Source of the DNA: Takakia lepidozioides
Lineage: Eukaryota; Plantae; Bryophyta
Reading direction: 5' to 3'
Length of the DNA: 64,000 nt
Assembly: GCA_030704615.1 (NCBI GenBank)
Contig: CM060732.1
Coordinates: 21,638,001-21,702,000 of the forward strand
Translations under genes and position numbers: made by a program
Notes under the pieces: generated by a model
Databases searched by the model: none
What the model was told of the DNA's origin: nothing
What the model saw: only the letters and a program-made list of their open reading frames with translations
Shown: positions 8,602 through 21,670 of the stretch, piece by piece
Numbering within the stretch: position 1 is the first letter of the stretch
Layout: every line of letters starts with the position of its first letter

Positions 8602-11600
8602 GTAAGAGCCCTCGACAACCTGCAAGAGCAAAAACTCAAGCTATCAGCAAGGATCAACTGGTCTTCCAAGGGCGAAAAAATGACCAAGTATTTCTTCGCT
8701 AAAACCAAACTCAGAAAAGCATCCCAATCTATATCTGAACTCACCGATCTCTCCTCTGGTGCATCCTTCTTAGACCCTAAACCCATGGCCCGCTTCGCCG
8801 CCAACCACTTTCAAGCCTTTTTTCCGCAGTGATGTCCCTACTAACTCAACAGAGCATAGCGCCTGCTTGGCCAATACACCCTCCCTAGTCTCCCCTGCTG
8901 TTGCCGCTTCACTCAAAGGACCCCTCTCTGAAGACGAACTGTCAGAGGCTTTGTCTAAACTTAAAGAGGGGAAGTGCCCAGGCTTGGACGGTATCCCAGT
9001 GGAGTTCTATAGAAAACTATGGCCTCACATCTCGGAGGACTTTCTAGCAATGTCCAACCACATCTTCCTCTCAAACCACATGCTTGCAGCAATGTCACAG
9101 AGAGTCATTACTCTTCTATTTAAAAAAGGAGATAGAACTAGCCTGACCAACTACAGACCTATTACCCTTTTGAATGTAGCGTACAAAATCATAGCAAAAG
9201 GGCTCGCACTCCGTCTTCAACCTCTTTTGCCTTCTATCATCAGACCAAGCCAATCAGGTTTCATTAAAGGGAGGTACATTATGGATAACCTGCTGCTAGC
9301 CCAAGAGTTACCCCACTACGCTCTCAAAACCCAACAGGCTATAGCCCTTCTTCTCCTTGACTTCGAAAAAGCCTTCGATAGGGTGGAGTGGCCTTTCCTC
9401 TTAGATACCCTAGCCAAGATTGGTCTGCCCCCCAGCTTCTGCCAATGGTACGCATTCTCCTGTCAGGATCAACTAGTAGAGTTATCATTAATGGTTTGGT
9501 CTCCAAGCCTTTCTCGCTTTAGCGTTCTATCAGACAAGGCTGCCCTCTGGCTCCCTTTCTCTTTATCATTGCAGCGGACACCTTGGGTTACATGCTGCAA
9601 GCAAATCAGCGAATCACAGGACTTAAACTCACTAGCTACATCACTAATCAGCCTACACAGATCAGGGAGTCTATGTATGTAGATGACACTTTCCTTATGC
9701 TTCAAGCAAGCCCAACCAATCTGGACAGTGATGCCGCCACTTTATCTTCCTTCTGTGCTGCCTCGGGCTTCAAAGTAACTGGAACAAGACCTGTGCCCTT
9801 CTGGTGGGTGATATTTCCTAATCCCTCCTGGCGCCATCACCCTCTTGGGGAACTAATATAGGTCTTTCTTGGCTGCAACCGGGTCAGACGACCACCCTGC
9901 TAGGCTATACCTTTGGGGTTGACCTCTCAGATGAAACATGCTTTGCCCCTATCCTTTCAAAGATCAAAAGAAATCTCTCTTTCTGGGGCTCAACATTCCT
10001 ATCAATCACAGGTCGAGCATTGATAGCAAATCAGGTGGTCTCCGCTGGCATTTGGTTCAATGCGGCATCTTGGCGCCCCTTCCGCAGCCAAGTCCAAGAA
10101 TATAAAGCATTGCTTCGTAACTTCATTTTGGGAGCTCGCGGGGCAGGCCAAAAGGTTAGACCACAGGTCTCGTGGAAACAGATTTGTCAACCGAAGAAAA
10201 TGGGGGCTTGGGAGTTCTCGACCTAGAAATCCAGATCACTGCCCTTCTTGGCAAGTCCCCTGAAAGTCTCCAAATGGCAGCCTTCGCTCCGTTGGATCAC
10301 ACAAGGTTTCAAGCACAAATTAGTTGGCTCACCCCTCTGGTCTATAATCTGGAAGGCTTGGGCTTCAATCAGACCATTTCTCAAAAAAAAAAAAAACACC
10401 AAATCTTATGAGGAAACCCTACGACAACATCTTTTTTTGAACACCAACAGTCCCTCACCAGAAGAAAGGGGTCTAGCCAAGAGATGGTCTGCTTGGGACA
10501 ACAGAGGCATAACCCAACTTAAGGACCTTTGGTCACCTGCAGGTTTCCTGCAAGAGGATTCCTGCATCTCTCCTATAGTGGGTGTGACCAGGGTCAGATC
10601 AGGGCTTCAGGTTATTATCAATTCTATTCCACTGCATTGGATTGCAGCTCTGCAGGCAGGGCCCCAAACCCCCTTCCTGAACTTCTGGACTTTAGTTGTC
10701 ATAAACGGCCATCTCACCATTCTCCTAGTCCTTCAAGTCACTGATTCGCATTACTCTGGGTTCGCTTTCCACATTCACCCTCATACTTTGACCCTCATCC
10801 TAATCTGTCTTCGATTTGGCTGAAGATTAGGCCAGCCAAAATCTCGGCTTTCCTTTGGAAATCGCAAATAGAGCCCTCAAGCTAGGAGAGTGGCTGCAAT
10901 TCCATGACGCACTCTTGTGCTCGTGCTGTTCCTCAGGAATCATCGAGACCCACGAGCACTGCCTACTCACCTGTACTGCACCGGCAAAAATTTGGCCGTT
11001 AATCAAAGTCTTTTACAAACACTGGAGCCTGAACGACATCTCCCCTCTAGACCTCCTCCTCAACTACAACAGGTCCACCAAGGCAAGATCCTTCCCTTGC
11101 CCAGTCTTCGAAACTCTCAGAGCTTCTACCCTGTGGCATTTGTGGCGTGCTAGATGCAAGAAAACTTTCAATGATGAAACGAGTTCTACCTCAGGTTTAC
11201 TGTCATTGGTTTACAATGACCTGCTAACGGAATAAAAAAAAGCTTGGGCGAAATGTGTTGCAGATTGCGAGAAGGCCCCCAGGCAAGCACCCGCAATCCA
11301 TGCCACTTTCAGATCAACGTGGGCCTGCCATGGCGTCGTTTGCCAAAGCGACGAAAAAGATCTCTGTGTTTGGAACACTCTCCCCCCTCACCGCTGGAGA
11401 AACCTCCGAGCTCCACTCCACGGCCTCGCCAGAATTTGAGAGAGACGTCAACTGGAAGCACGTCAAGCACCCTGCCACAACCTCCAGGCTCAATTTTCGC
11501 TAGTATGATTTCTCGTAGATTAGCTCCTCGATAATCTCGGCTTCATACGGCGTTTTGTTTTTGGAGGACTCTCTCATTATTAAGGCTTGGCTTCCTGAGG

Positions 11601-11745
11601 TTTGCCTGCACTTTTTTATGCAGGGTTTTTGGCTCCCCCCACGGTGTGTAACCCTTATGGTGTCACTTGGGGTTTTATTTTTTTCCCCGATTTGGTTATA
11701 AAATGAGAATTCTTCAAAATAATAATAATAATAATAAAATAAAAT
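8602..11745 (+). mobile_element. 5'-truncated, frameshifted L1/Tx1-like LINE (RT, zf-RVT, A-rich tail)
   Basis: KCPGLDGIPVEFY, NYRPITLLNVAYKII, LLLDFEKAFDRVEW, RQGCPLAP (shifted frame), SMYVDDT, CSCC...ETHEHCLLTC, TLWHLWRARC; (AAT)n/AAAAT tail at ~11716-11745. No TSD seen. Confidence 0.9.
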
Positions 11746-12959
11746 CAAGTACACATCGTTTGGATGACGCCAACAACTAGAGTTAGTATAAATAAGAGCC
11801 TCCCCTTGCGGGTATTGCACCCTATACCCCCTTTCAGGGAAGGGCTTTGTACGAAGCTGAATAGCTCTATCTGCCTTGATGGGAAATGCCATGTTGGATC
11901 TGTGGCGGCAGAACATTGTCTCAATCGCCCATAAACAAAAGATATGCATCCTTCACTATGAATTGTGACTTCTGGGAGGTACACAGCAAGGCAATGATAA
12001 TCAACAGAGACATTGTTTGACAAATGGAAAACTACCTTGCATCTTATCGTGCCAATCCTTCTATTATATACATTGAAAGAAAGTTGAACTTGAGTGAAAG
12101 TGAAAGTTGTACCATGGAACTTTTGTGAAAGAAATGCTAGTTGAAAATCGGATTCTGGACAGCACCACATGGCTTTCCAAACATGCTCACCACCCTTGCC
12201 ATGGGAGCAAATATGAATTCAACAGCCAGGCCAGCGCAGCAGGCAGAAAGCAAGGTGAATGAAGGGGCACTTGTGATGGAGAGAAGGAGGTTTGACAAGA
12301 GCAAGTAATGCTCATGTACTTCAGGAGTTAGTACAACTAGGGATACATGCCAGGTGTGGAGAATATAGGGAGCAAATCAGCAGTTGTGGATAATGCAATT
12401 TGAGCCCACTATCACAACTCTGAAACTGGATAGTTGATCACTGTGAAGAGGCCCTCCAGAGCTGAGGGAACGGCACTTACAAAGTCAATGGGCATAACTG
12501 TCTCTTCTTGAATTGAAGTCAAATTTGGTAGACAGAAAATATTGGAGAGGTGATAAGCTGAAGACAATATGGTTTGTAATGTGACAAGGCCTCCTGCAGA
12601 CTGGGGGAGAAAATAGCACACCACACATCTCAAGAGACTGGAGGAGTGCCATATGAGCCCTGTCTCACCCCCTCTGATGAGGTCTTCATTTAGTTAAGTG
12701 CATAAATAGTGAGGTGAAATAAATTAACTGCCTGCCAAGGGTCAGATTTGTTCGGTCACTGTAATACTGTCACCTTTGTCTGTCATCAGTCTGTTTGTCC
12801 AAACTTCATGCATATCCCTCTCACTGATTCAAACAGACGCACACAGCCAAGTTAGCTAGAAGGGCGAAGATCGTGGCAAATGATAATACAAGAGCACCAA
12901 GTTCACTGGGTTGACTACTCTGAAGGACAGGTTCTGCAACAGTTTAGGTCTTCAAGATA

Positions 12960-13260
12960 TCATTCCATGGGATAACACCATCTAGCGCCCACTGGCTCAC
13001 AAATGTCTACCTCATCTAGGAGGTAAATGACAAGGTGTGTCATCACATCAAAGAAAGAGGGAGGAAACTCCTTCTCAAGAAGACACATTGTTAGTGCAAC
13101 ATCTTTCTTTAGCTTTGGCATGTTGTTTGGGTCCACTATCTTAGCACATACCTTTCTAAATACATGACTAAGACGCATAGTGGCCATCCGAGGTGTCGGG
13201 GCCATCAAGGTACGGATACACAGTGGGAGTATCCGCTGCACAGTCACCAAATGCGGCAAC
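12960..13260 (-). mobile_element. CACTA/En-Spm transposase-associated fragment (DUF4218-like)
   Basis: TMCLLEKEFPPSFFDVMTHLVIYL...VGARWCYPME matches the C-LE..FPPSFFD.M.HL..H...GP...RWMYP.ER signature. Confidence 0.85.
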
Positions 13261-13785
13261 TCTACTCAGTGCCACTTGGGAAAGTTCCAATTCCTAATCT
13301 CTGTCTTGGGCCTACTTAGGGTGGGTGATGAGGGGAAGACATCGAATGCAATTCAACCACATGCAGCTTGCCTACATAACTTGATAGTCAACCCCCACTG
13401 TGAACTGATCCCACATATTGATTCATAAACTCTAACATGAAGAGGCAATAAATCCGATTTTGCTGCACTCACTCTCAATTGGCATGCACAATCAAAATTT
13501 GGCAGTGATATGAGAAATATTCACATCAATCTTTGCTACTCCTGTAACTTTAGCTGCAGCAACCTACACTATAGACAAACCACCTTCACAGTACCCTCAC
13601 TGCTGTTAGACGTGTTTGTATTTGAAGCATGACACCAGACAAAGAGGGTCACAGACATACTACAGAGAAACAGACAACATCACATGGCAATTCCAAATGA
13701 CAGACATCAAAAGAGGCCTATGTTGCTTAATATTGTTTATTCCCAGACAAGTAATAAACCCAGGAGAGCTCTGAACTGACAAAAA

Positions 13786-14676
13786 TCAATACCCTCCCTT
13801 GAGGTCATTAACAACATCATAGGGAATGGGCGTCACGGTCTCCAGTGTGGACGCATCCAGGACAAACCCAACCTTGGGACCCTGAGGCTGCCGTTTAGTG
13901 TAGACTGTCTCACCCCGAGACTTGGCCTCAGCCTTCAATTTGTCATTGCTCTTCCGGCGCTCAATGAACTCCTCGCGGCATCGAGATGGTTGCACGTGCT
14001 CAATGCGAACATGAATCCGCTTGCGAATGATCCTGGGGCCAACCTGCAGAGAAACGGTGTCACCCTTAACTGTAACTGGCTGTGAAACTTGGCAGCTGTG
14101 ACTCGGTTAAAAACACTTGATTACAGTTACATGAATTGGTTGTCAATCCAGGTCCAAGACGGTAGGACAACTCCTTCAATGGTCCACACCCATCTTCATC
14201 AATTACAGAACAGAGTTCATAAGATGCTCCTACTACCACAGACTCAACATGCATCCTTCAGAATCATGTTTCATAGGAAGGGCACATCAATGCAATGATA
14301 AAGAAACACTCATGCTAGCAGAAACCAAATGGCTCATCCTCCAACATCCCCCAATTCCCTATATGGCATGAAGGAGTGGACGGGAACCCACTCAATACCT
14401 CACAACAACTTAGGTTTGTACAATTCCCCCTTCTCTCACCTGCTTGTTGACGACTACACCGACAGCGCGCTTGGTGACGTTCCAAACAATTCCAGTGCGT
14501 CCGTGGTAGAACTTATGGGGCATCCCCTTGTGCACAGCTCCATTAACCTTGATGTCCACATAATCACCAATCCTATAGTTTCTGAGGTAAGTGGTCAAGG
14601 GGATGTACCCCTTATGCCTGAAAGGCCGAGAGAACAAGTCACGCGTGCGAGACCGCAGCCCATGACCAGCCGGCAT
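13786..14676 (-). CDS. RPL21: 60S ribosomal protein L21 (eL21), 2 exons, 164 aa
   Basis: Exons 14676-14440 ([15 protein letters not shown]...VNKQ) and 14043-13786 ([22 protein letters not shown]...NDLKGGY*); intron GTGAGA...CTGCAG, phase 0. Confidence 0.97.
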
Positions 14677-14929
14677 GGCTTCCTTGCCTTCGAATAGCTC
14701 AGCAGGTCCTGAAGAAGAGGAAGCCCAACCCGACCTCCAAGAAAGAGAGAAGCATGCAGTCAGTGGGAAGAAGGTCAAGAACAGAGGAGCCGTAATCTAA
14801 CCCACATGTGTGATTAGGGTTGGGAGCCCCGCAGTAACAACCCACCTTCCTGGAAAGTGCAGTGTCACTCCTAAGGTAAGTATGTGGTTGATACTTGAGA
14901 CCTACTTCCCGCATGAAATTGCATTGAGG

Positions 14930-16300
14930 TGGAGGTTCCCTTGCGTTTCTGCCATCCGATAACACAACAGACGGTAGAAGGTCTAGACAACTACTCTATG
15001 TGGACGTTGAGGATTCAATCTATTCTAGAAAGGGAGGACCTTTGGGACTTGATTGAGCTGGATGAAGAATTTGATTCTAAAGGCAAGGTGAATAAGCTCA
15101 TCTTCCTACAAATCTGTAATTATGAGGAAGAAACAGAGAAAGGTCGTGTCCATCATATAACTATTAGTGAAGGATTTGGTGGTGCCGTATATTCTGAACT
15201 CTCAGGATCCCAAATCATGTTAGGATATTCTCAAAGTCCTTTTGTGGAATTCAAAACAATGCAAAGAGATTGATGATTTGACCAACTTGCAAATGGAAGA
15301 GGGGGCAAGTATTGTCGCATTAATGCAACACGTCAGGGATCTACTCAACCAACTAACCGGAATTTGGCAAGCCTCCTGACGCTAACATTGTGGTAGAGCG
15401 AGTTATTAATGCTCTTTCGGGGGGGTTACGAGACTTTCCTTAGAGTTGTTTCAACGAGTGGGCCCTTCCAACTCTATAAGAGCTCACAGAAAGGCTCTAT
15501 CTAGAGGAGCGTCGTCTCCAAAATAGAACCCGTCGTAGATGAGGAACCTTTTGTCCTCAAATTCAAGAATCTTCTTTGAAGCTGTAGACATGAAAACATC
15601 CGTTGGAAACTGCATACAAAGGAGAAGATCCAAATGACTTCACCGAAGTGTTAGCACTAGCTGTGGATGTTTCTGAAGAAACTTTGGCAGCTCTCTCGCA
15701 GACTGGTGACCCCTAGTACATAAACTGATCAGGAGCTAATAAACATGTTACTGGCAACCCAAATGCGTTAGAGCATATTCATCTATCTATAGAATCTCAA
15801 AGGGTGAAGTCAGATGAAAGCCAAAACCATGTTGTAGAGGGTAAATATGACGTTGTATTTCAACTGGAAAAATAAAGAAAATTTCTGATGTCTTATACAT
15901 TCTAGGGCTCACAAAAAACTTACTCTCTGTCCGTGCACTTACTAACAAAAGGTGTAATTGCAGTTTTCAACTCCACTAGACGTTGATTAATCTTACAGGA
16001 TAGAAATCCCGCAATCATAGCCACAGGGATCAGAGAACCATCCAATGGTTTATATAGTCTTCAAGCCTACCCTCCATCGAGTTCTTCTCTTGAGATAAAT
16101 GCAGTTGGAATTACTACTCTTTCAAATCTTTGGCACAGGAGACTCGGTCACTAGGCTATCAAGGAATTCATCACATATGTGCTAAAGATGTAGCATCGGG
16201 TGTTCCAAAACTATCCATGATTACTGTTTCATATGAAGGATGTCACAAAGGGAAGCAACACCAAGAGACGTATTCAAAATCAAGTGTGTCGTGCGCATAC
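14930..16300 (+). mobile_element. Degraded Ty1/Copia gag-protease-GAG-pre-integrase remnant
   Basis: DNYSMWTLRIQSILEREDLWDLI; LQMEEG; SGANKHVTG; GLTKNLLSV; LWHRRLGH; EGCHKGKQH, spread across frames with many stops. Confidence 0.85.
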
Positions 16301-16309
16301 ATATCGCTA

Positions 16310-17953
16310 CACAACTATATCGTTGTCCAAACCATTTCGATTGATCTGATATTAGTCCGAGACCTGTGAGAGGGTGTCTGGAACGTGCTGGCAAAGTTTG
16401 GAAGCTAACAAAAATGATTTGGATGGGCAACCATCCGTTCTCCCGTTGAATGTATTCTATTGGAGTTGCTATTGCTTTGGGACCTGTTGGACTGTGTTTT
16501 GCGTGCTCACGATTTTTTTTTCATTCTGTTTTTAAATGGGGCGTGTAATGTAGCCATATGCAACGTGCGTGCCAAATTTGGGAGCGATCAAAATTCATTT
16601 GGACCCAAAACCATAGTTTCTTCCCTGTTTTGCACTCCAAACTTGATTTGTGTTCTACTTCATGCACTCTTCATAGAGAGTTATGCAATAGTGAGCGAAG
16701 AGAACAATTGTTTTTTTTGGGCATTTTTTATTGGTCCAAATTTTGGCGGGGGAGTAGTCGTGGGATGCTGGAAGCCGCAAAACAAAATGGACCCAAAAAC
16801 AAAATCGATACGTGCCAGAAACCCCCACTGAAAGGCAGTGCAAACATATTTATTGGCTTAAAATAAATTTAAATTCAATTAAATTGTGGAATGGCTTGAG
16901 GGGGGAGCGCGTCGATGGGGAGGCAAATGATTTATTGGTCTATTGTGTCTCCGCACATGTGTCGCACACATGTTCAAGCACATGCGGGCAAAAGAGGGGC
17001 TTCAACCACATTCGTTCAATGGGTGCAATAGCCGTGCACGCATTGCAGGATTTTTTTTTCGCATTGAACAAAAACCAGATGACAAGTGAACGCCTCATTG
17101 GACAATCGAACGATTTTCAATTGATCTCGTATTACACTGGTACGTATCAGAGGGTACATTGAACACACTGGCCAAGTTTCAAAGCGAACAAAAATCATTT
17201 GGATGGGCAACCATCCGTTGGCCCATTGAACGAATTTCGATTGATCTCATATTACTCTGGGACGTCTTACATGGCACATTGAACATAGTGGCCAAGTCTC
17301 AAAGCGAACCAAAATCATTTCGATGGCCTACCATCCGTTGAGCCATCGAATGAATTTCGATTGATCTGATATTAATCCGGGACATGTGATAGGGTGTCTG
17401 GAACGTGCTAGCAAAGTTTGGAAGCTAACAAAAATGATTTGGATGGGCAACCATCCGTTCTCCCGTTGAATGTATTCTATTGGAGTTGCTATTGCTTTGG
17501 GACCTGTTGGACTGTGTTTCGCATGCTCACGATTTTTTTTTCATTCTGTTTTTTAATGGGGCGTGTAATGTAGCCATATGCAACGTGCGTGCCAAATTTG
17601 GGAGCGATCAAAATTCATTTGGACCCAAAACCACAGTTTCTTCCCTGTTTTGCACTCCAAACTTGATTTGTGTTCTACTTCATGTACTCTTCATAGAGAG
17701 TTATGCAATAGTGAGCGAAGAGAACAATTGTTTTTTTTGGGCATTTTTTATTGGTCCAAATTTTGGCGGGGGAGTAGTCGTGGGATGCTGGAAGCCGCAG
17801 AACAAAATTGACCCAAAAACAAAATCGATACATGCCAGAAACCCCCACTGAAAGGCAGTGCAAACCTATTTATTGGCTTAAAATAAATTTAAATTCAATT
17901 AAATTGTGGAATGGCTTGAGGGGGGAGCGCGTCGATGGGGAGACAAATGATTT
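16310..17953 (+). repeat. Tandem duplication with 1020-bp period containing 120-bp subrepeats; probable non-autonomous DNA-transposon sequence
   Basis: ~16335-16933 is nearly identical to ~17355-17953; subrepeats start at 17121, 17241, 17361 and contain the hairpin GGATGG-GCAA-CCATCC. Confidence 0.9.
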
Positions 17954-19506
17954 CCTCTTTTGCGCACTTATGTCTGAAGTCTGGTGATCTTGGACTTCTC
18001 TGTGAAAACCACCAGTGGGCCCCTGGGCAACCATATATTCAACCACATGGTGCTGGCAGATTGTAGGCATGTATAGCTGCAATGGAAATTCATGCATCAG
18101 ACAAAACCCTATGCAAGCACAAACTTCATGTGGGCCAGATCCACACACGATTGCAACTTACAATGCAATGCAACATGTTCATGTGGGCAACATTATACAA
18201 ACACAATTCAATATGGAAGGTGAACGCAGAGTGCCAAGGTGGGGACGCGTTTGGAAGGCATGGAGAGAATTACTGTACAAGGAAATGCACGATGAGGGTA
18301 GCGGAACCCTGGATTAGGGTTGGAGTGTATGTGACGATATGGCATATATCCCAACGTCCATTCTTTCTTCAGATTTGCCATTTGAAATTTGAATAGATGT
18401 CAGAATGATTTTTGAAAGAGGGCATGATGTATGCTTGGGATGCCATGTAGCATGGGGAAGATGCAGATGGCATGCAGGGGGGATGGAGGGCGATGCCATG
18501 CATGAGGGCAGGATGGGAGGAGGGATGGGAATGGGAGAGGCACGTCTCATGTCCTGGAAGCGGGAACATGAGGCGCGGAGGGAGTGTCGCGCGGCAGCAG
18601 CCCCGCGGTGTGCAGGCGTTGGAGCGGGGGGTGGGCATGGGTGGGGGTCCACGCTGGCGGAACCGGGGCCCTTGCATTCAACTCCAGGGCCCCATCTAAT
18701 GCTTGGCCTCGTCTTCTTCCTCAATGCTTTGTTTAGTGATAAGTTAGGCATACTCGATCGATAGATTGTTTTAAACACTTGAACAGGGACTAGTCGGTGT
18801 ACAAGCTTTTCTTCACGATGTACTTCTGTGGAAAGGCAAATATGTCTAAATCCGCATAATGTCTCGATCAGGATGGCTTGCAACCCTCATTCAATCCAAA
18901 TTCACCATATGCAGTCAAATCGTTTTAACTTTTCTTTGTAGCTCACCGTAGAGATCTAAATCTCTTTTCTAACAATATGTAACTAACTAGTACATAATTT
19001 AGATTCGCTAACGTCCTACATGATCTGGCTTTGGTTTTCTGCAGGACACAAGGCATGCCCTACAACCGACCAATGGCCCTTTGGGCTGCCCGTAGAATCC
19101 TAGGTTCGGTATAAAATTCGCTGTCCAAACGTTAAACAAACTTTACATCTTGGTTATTAAAGTCTCCTCTTTCAAAATCAGTATATTGAAATAACACCCC
19201 CAACCAGTTACTTACTATACTCAGCATTAGATTTATTTTGACATTGGATTCCTCCTATAATGTAGAGCCAACTATTGGAGATTGTTTTTGACAGCTCGAC
19301 AACTAATTAGGCATTTATGTAATGCATATCTGTAGAGTAGATTAAGGTGATCCATATAATATTTAGATTGAGCTAAGGCCCATGCTGGCCTATTCACCAG
19401 CGTTGATCTAGCACTCATCTAGCAATCAAGAATTGTATATATTGGACTCTTGTCCATTCTTATATTATCTAGAAGTGTGTCTTTCACTTAGATCATGGAT
19501 TTCAAC

Positions 19507-20283
19507 CAGTGTTGGCCGGGTATAGCACTCTACCCCGGTTAGTGAGTCGGTTATCACCCCGGTTAGTAGGTATACATAACCGCATACATGGTATTTTTAC
19601 AAAACAGAGCAAATAGATAACCGACGGTTGGGAGGTGAGTATGTATATGTATATGTACCATATATTAAGGTTAGCACTACACTCTATACCCGGATTAGTA
19701 AGGCGTTTTGACCACCCCTAGAACGGTTAAGTATATGACATGCCTCTTCACACAATGCAATTGCATTGATTGCCATGATTGCCTGCATGCCTCACTATTG
19801 ACAACTTTTGTGAGATGCGCTCAATATGTATAACTTATTGCTATGTTAAATGTTAGCCAACTTCCCTCTTTGGCTTTCTTCCTTTCTTACTTTAGTCATT
19901 TTATTTATCATTGTGGATAAATCTCTCATGTACTTGGAGCATTCTAGCATTACCTATCTATTACTCATCTTTATTAAATGTTCTCATCTTCATTTGGATG
20001 TCATGTGGGAATTGATTATTTTTAACAAAAATCATTGAGAAGTGTCCATTCAATATATTATATGTAACCGCCAATTGCATATATATCCGCCAATTTTAGG
20101 ACACCTCTAACCGTCCTATTCATAACCGTCTAAATTTGAAGAATTATGTAGAATAGATAACTGATGGATATACTAAAATAAAAAATTTATCCTTATACAT
20201 AACCATGGAGTGTGTCCATCCCAAAAATATTGAAGTAACCTTAACCGGCGGATATGTAAAATTCTTATAACCGGCCAACACTG
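19507..20283. mobile_element. Non-autonomous hAT element (777 bp)
   Basis: TIRs CAGTGTTGGCCGGGTATA / TATAACCGGCCAACACTG; 8-bp TSD ATTTCAAC (19499-19506) / GTTTCAAC (20284-20291); internal TAACCG/CGGTTA subterminal motifs; no ORF. Confidence 0.92.
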
Positions 20284-20295
20284 GTTTCAACAACA

Positions 20296-20313
20296 TGGTA
20301 TCAGAGTCAGGTT
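20296..20313 (+). promoter_or_regulatory. tRNA-iMet primer binding site following an LTR end (..CA)
   Basis: AACA|TGGTATCAGAGTCAGGTT, one mismatch from the canonical TGGTATCAGAGCCAGGTT; LTR start not defined. Confidence 0.75.
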
Positions 20314-20896
20314 TCTAATCTAGTGTGTGTTAGTAATGACCTCTACTTGATGAGCACAGCTGATCTCAAAGTATTTTTCCTGTTGAACTTGAGCTGAGCT
20401 CAGTTGACTAGGATGTTTGTGTGCTTAGTTCTTAGTACATGAACATTCCTTTGTAATAGTAGATAATACTGTGTGTGACTGTGTGAGCGCAACTCCACAA
20501 AAACTTGAATTAGCGTATGAGCCCAGCTCCATAAGAGACAATGATGAACAACAGTGACAACACAAGCATCTCCGAGACATGCAAATGTGAAACTAGTTAG
20601 TTACTAGTTAGTATGAAATTATCTAGTTCAATGTAGCTAAGTATGAAACTAGCTACGAACTGACTAGATGATTACGTATTGACACTTGAGTGTTGCCCAA
20701 GGGTCAAAAATTTTGTTGGCCCCTGGGCGTGGTTTATCTTCACGACAAACACGGTGAGGCTCAGCTTTCTCGGCTATGGTGCCGTAATATAGATTCCCCA
20801 AAGCTTTGGGGTATGCTGGGCTCGACTCTTAATTTATGAGCAATCGTATGTTTATGATTGTGGCCGACTAGTGTGTGGTGTGCAAATGTGTTGTGT

Positions 20897-21156
20897 GTGT
20901 AATACGAGATCAATCGAAAATCGTTCGATTGTCCAATGAGGCGTTCACTTGTCATCTGGTTTTTGTTCAATGCGAAAAAGAAATCCTGCAATGCGTGCAC
21001 GGCTATTGCACCCATTGAACGAATGTGGTTGAAGCCCCTCTTTTGCCCGCATGTGCTTGAACATGTGTGTGACACATGTGCGGAGACACAATAGACGAAT
21101 AAATCATTTGCCTCCCCATCGACGCGCTCCCCCCTCAAGCCATTCCACAATTTAAT
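20897..21156 (-). repeat. Inverted ~260-bp copy of 16876-17136
   Basis: Reverse complement reads CAATTAAATTGTGGAATGGCTTGAG...TTGATCTCGTATTACAC with few mismatches; the ORF track shows the same peptide on both strands. Confidence 0.95.
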
Positions 21157-21406
21157 TGGAGCTTGAAATCCGGCCCTCTTGGATGAATCTGGACCCACAC
21201 TCTATCTCTGTAGCTATCCATGCCTCTGCACAAATCATGCGTACATCCTTGCTTTGTTGCTAGCAGACGCATCCAACAAGCATTCACCTTTTTGCCTCGA
21301 TTGCTAAGACCAAGCTGAATCTCCCAAGAACCTTGTAAACGCGCTCAAGGACGCGGAAATTCTGAATTGCATCTGCTTCTCTCTGTAGTCCAACATGCAT
21401 TCACCT

Positions 21407-21670
21407 TTTTGTCTCCATTGTCCCACCATTGACTGGGGTCGGAAAAGTCTTTATTCCAAATCTTCTCCTTATCTCTGTTATCTGTTTTTGAATACCTTCC
21501 AGCTGCCACAACGGCAATAACTTGTCAGGGCCGAGTCTGATGAGAGGGCAAAACAAGCTGAAATAGGTCGAAGAAGAAGGTGCCCTCACCACATTGTCCT
21601 TGATCTTGTGTCATGACCCATGGAGGATTTGGCCGACCATCAACCCAAAAGGACCTTTGTGTGTACTATG
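21407..21670 (-). pseudogene. Fragment resembling PDF motifs of organellar ssDNA-binding (OSB) proteins
   Basis: TQRSFWVDGRPNPPWVM and KEKIWNKDFSDPSQWWDNGDKK followed by a GT donor; resembles OSB 'W..FF.NP.EWWDNR..K' and 'ALWI....P.WV'. The PDFK core itself is absent. Confidence 0.45.

Noticed and set aside
16460-17863. Duplicated 123-aa ORFs as tandem genes
   Set aside because: Non-ATG starts, no recognisable domain, arise from non-coding repeat sequence.
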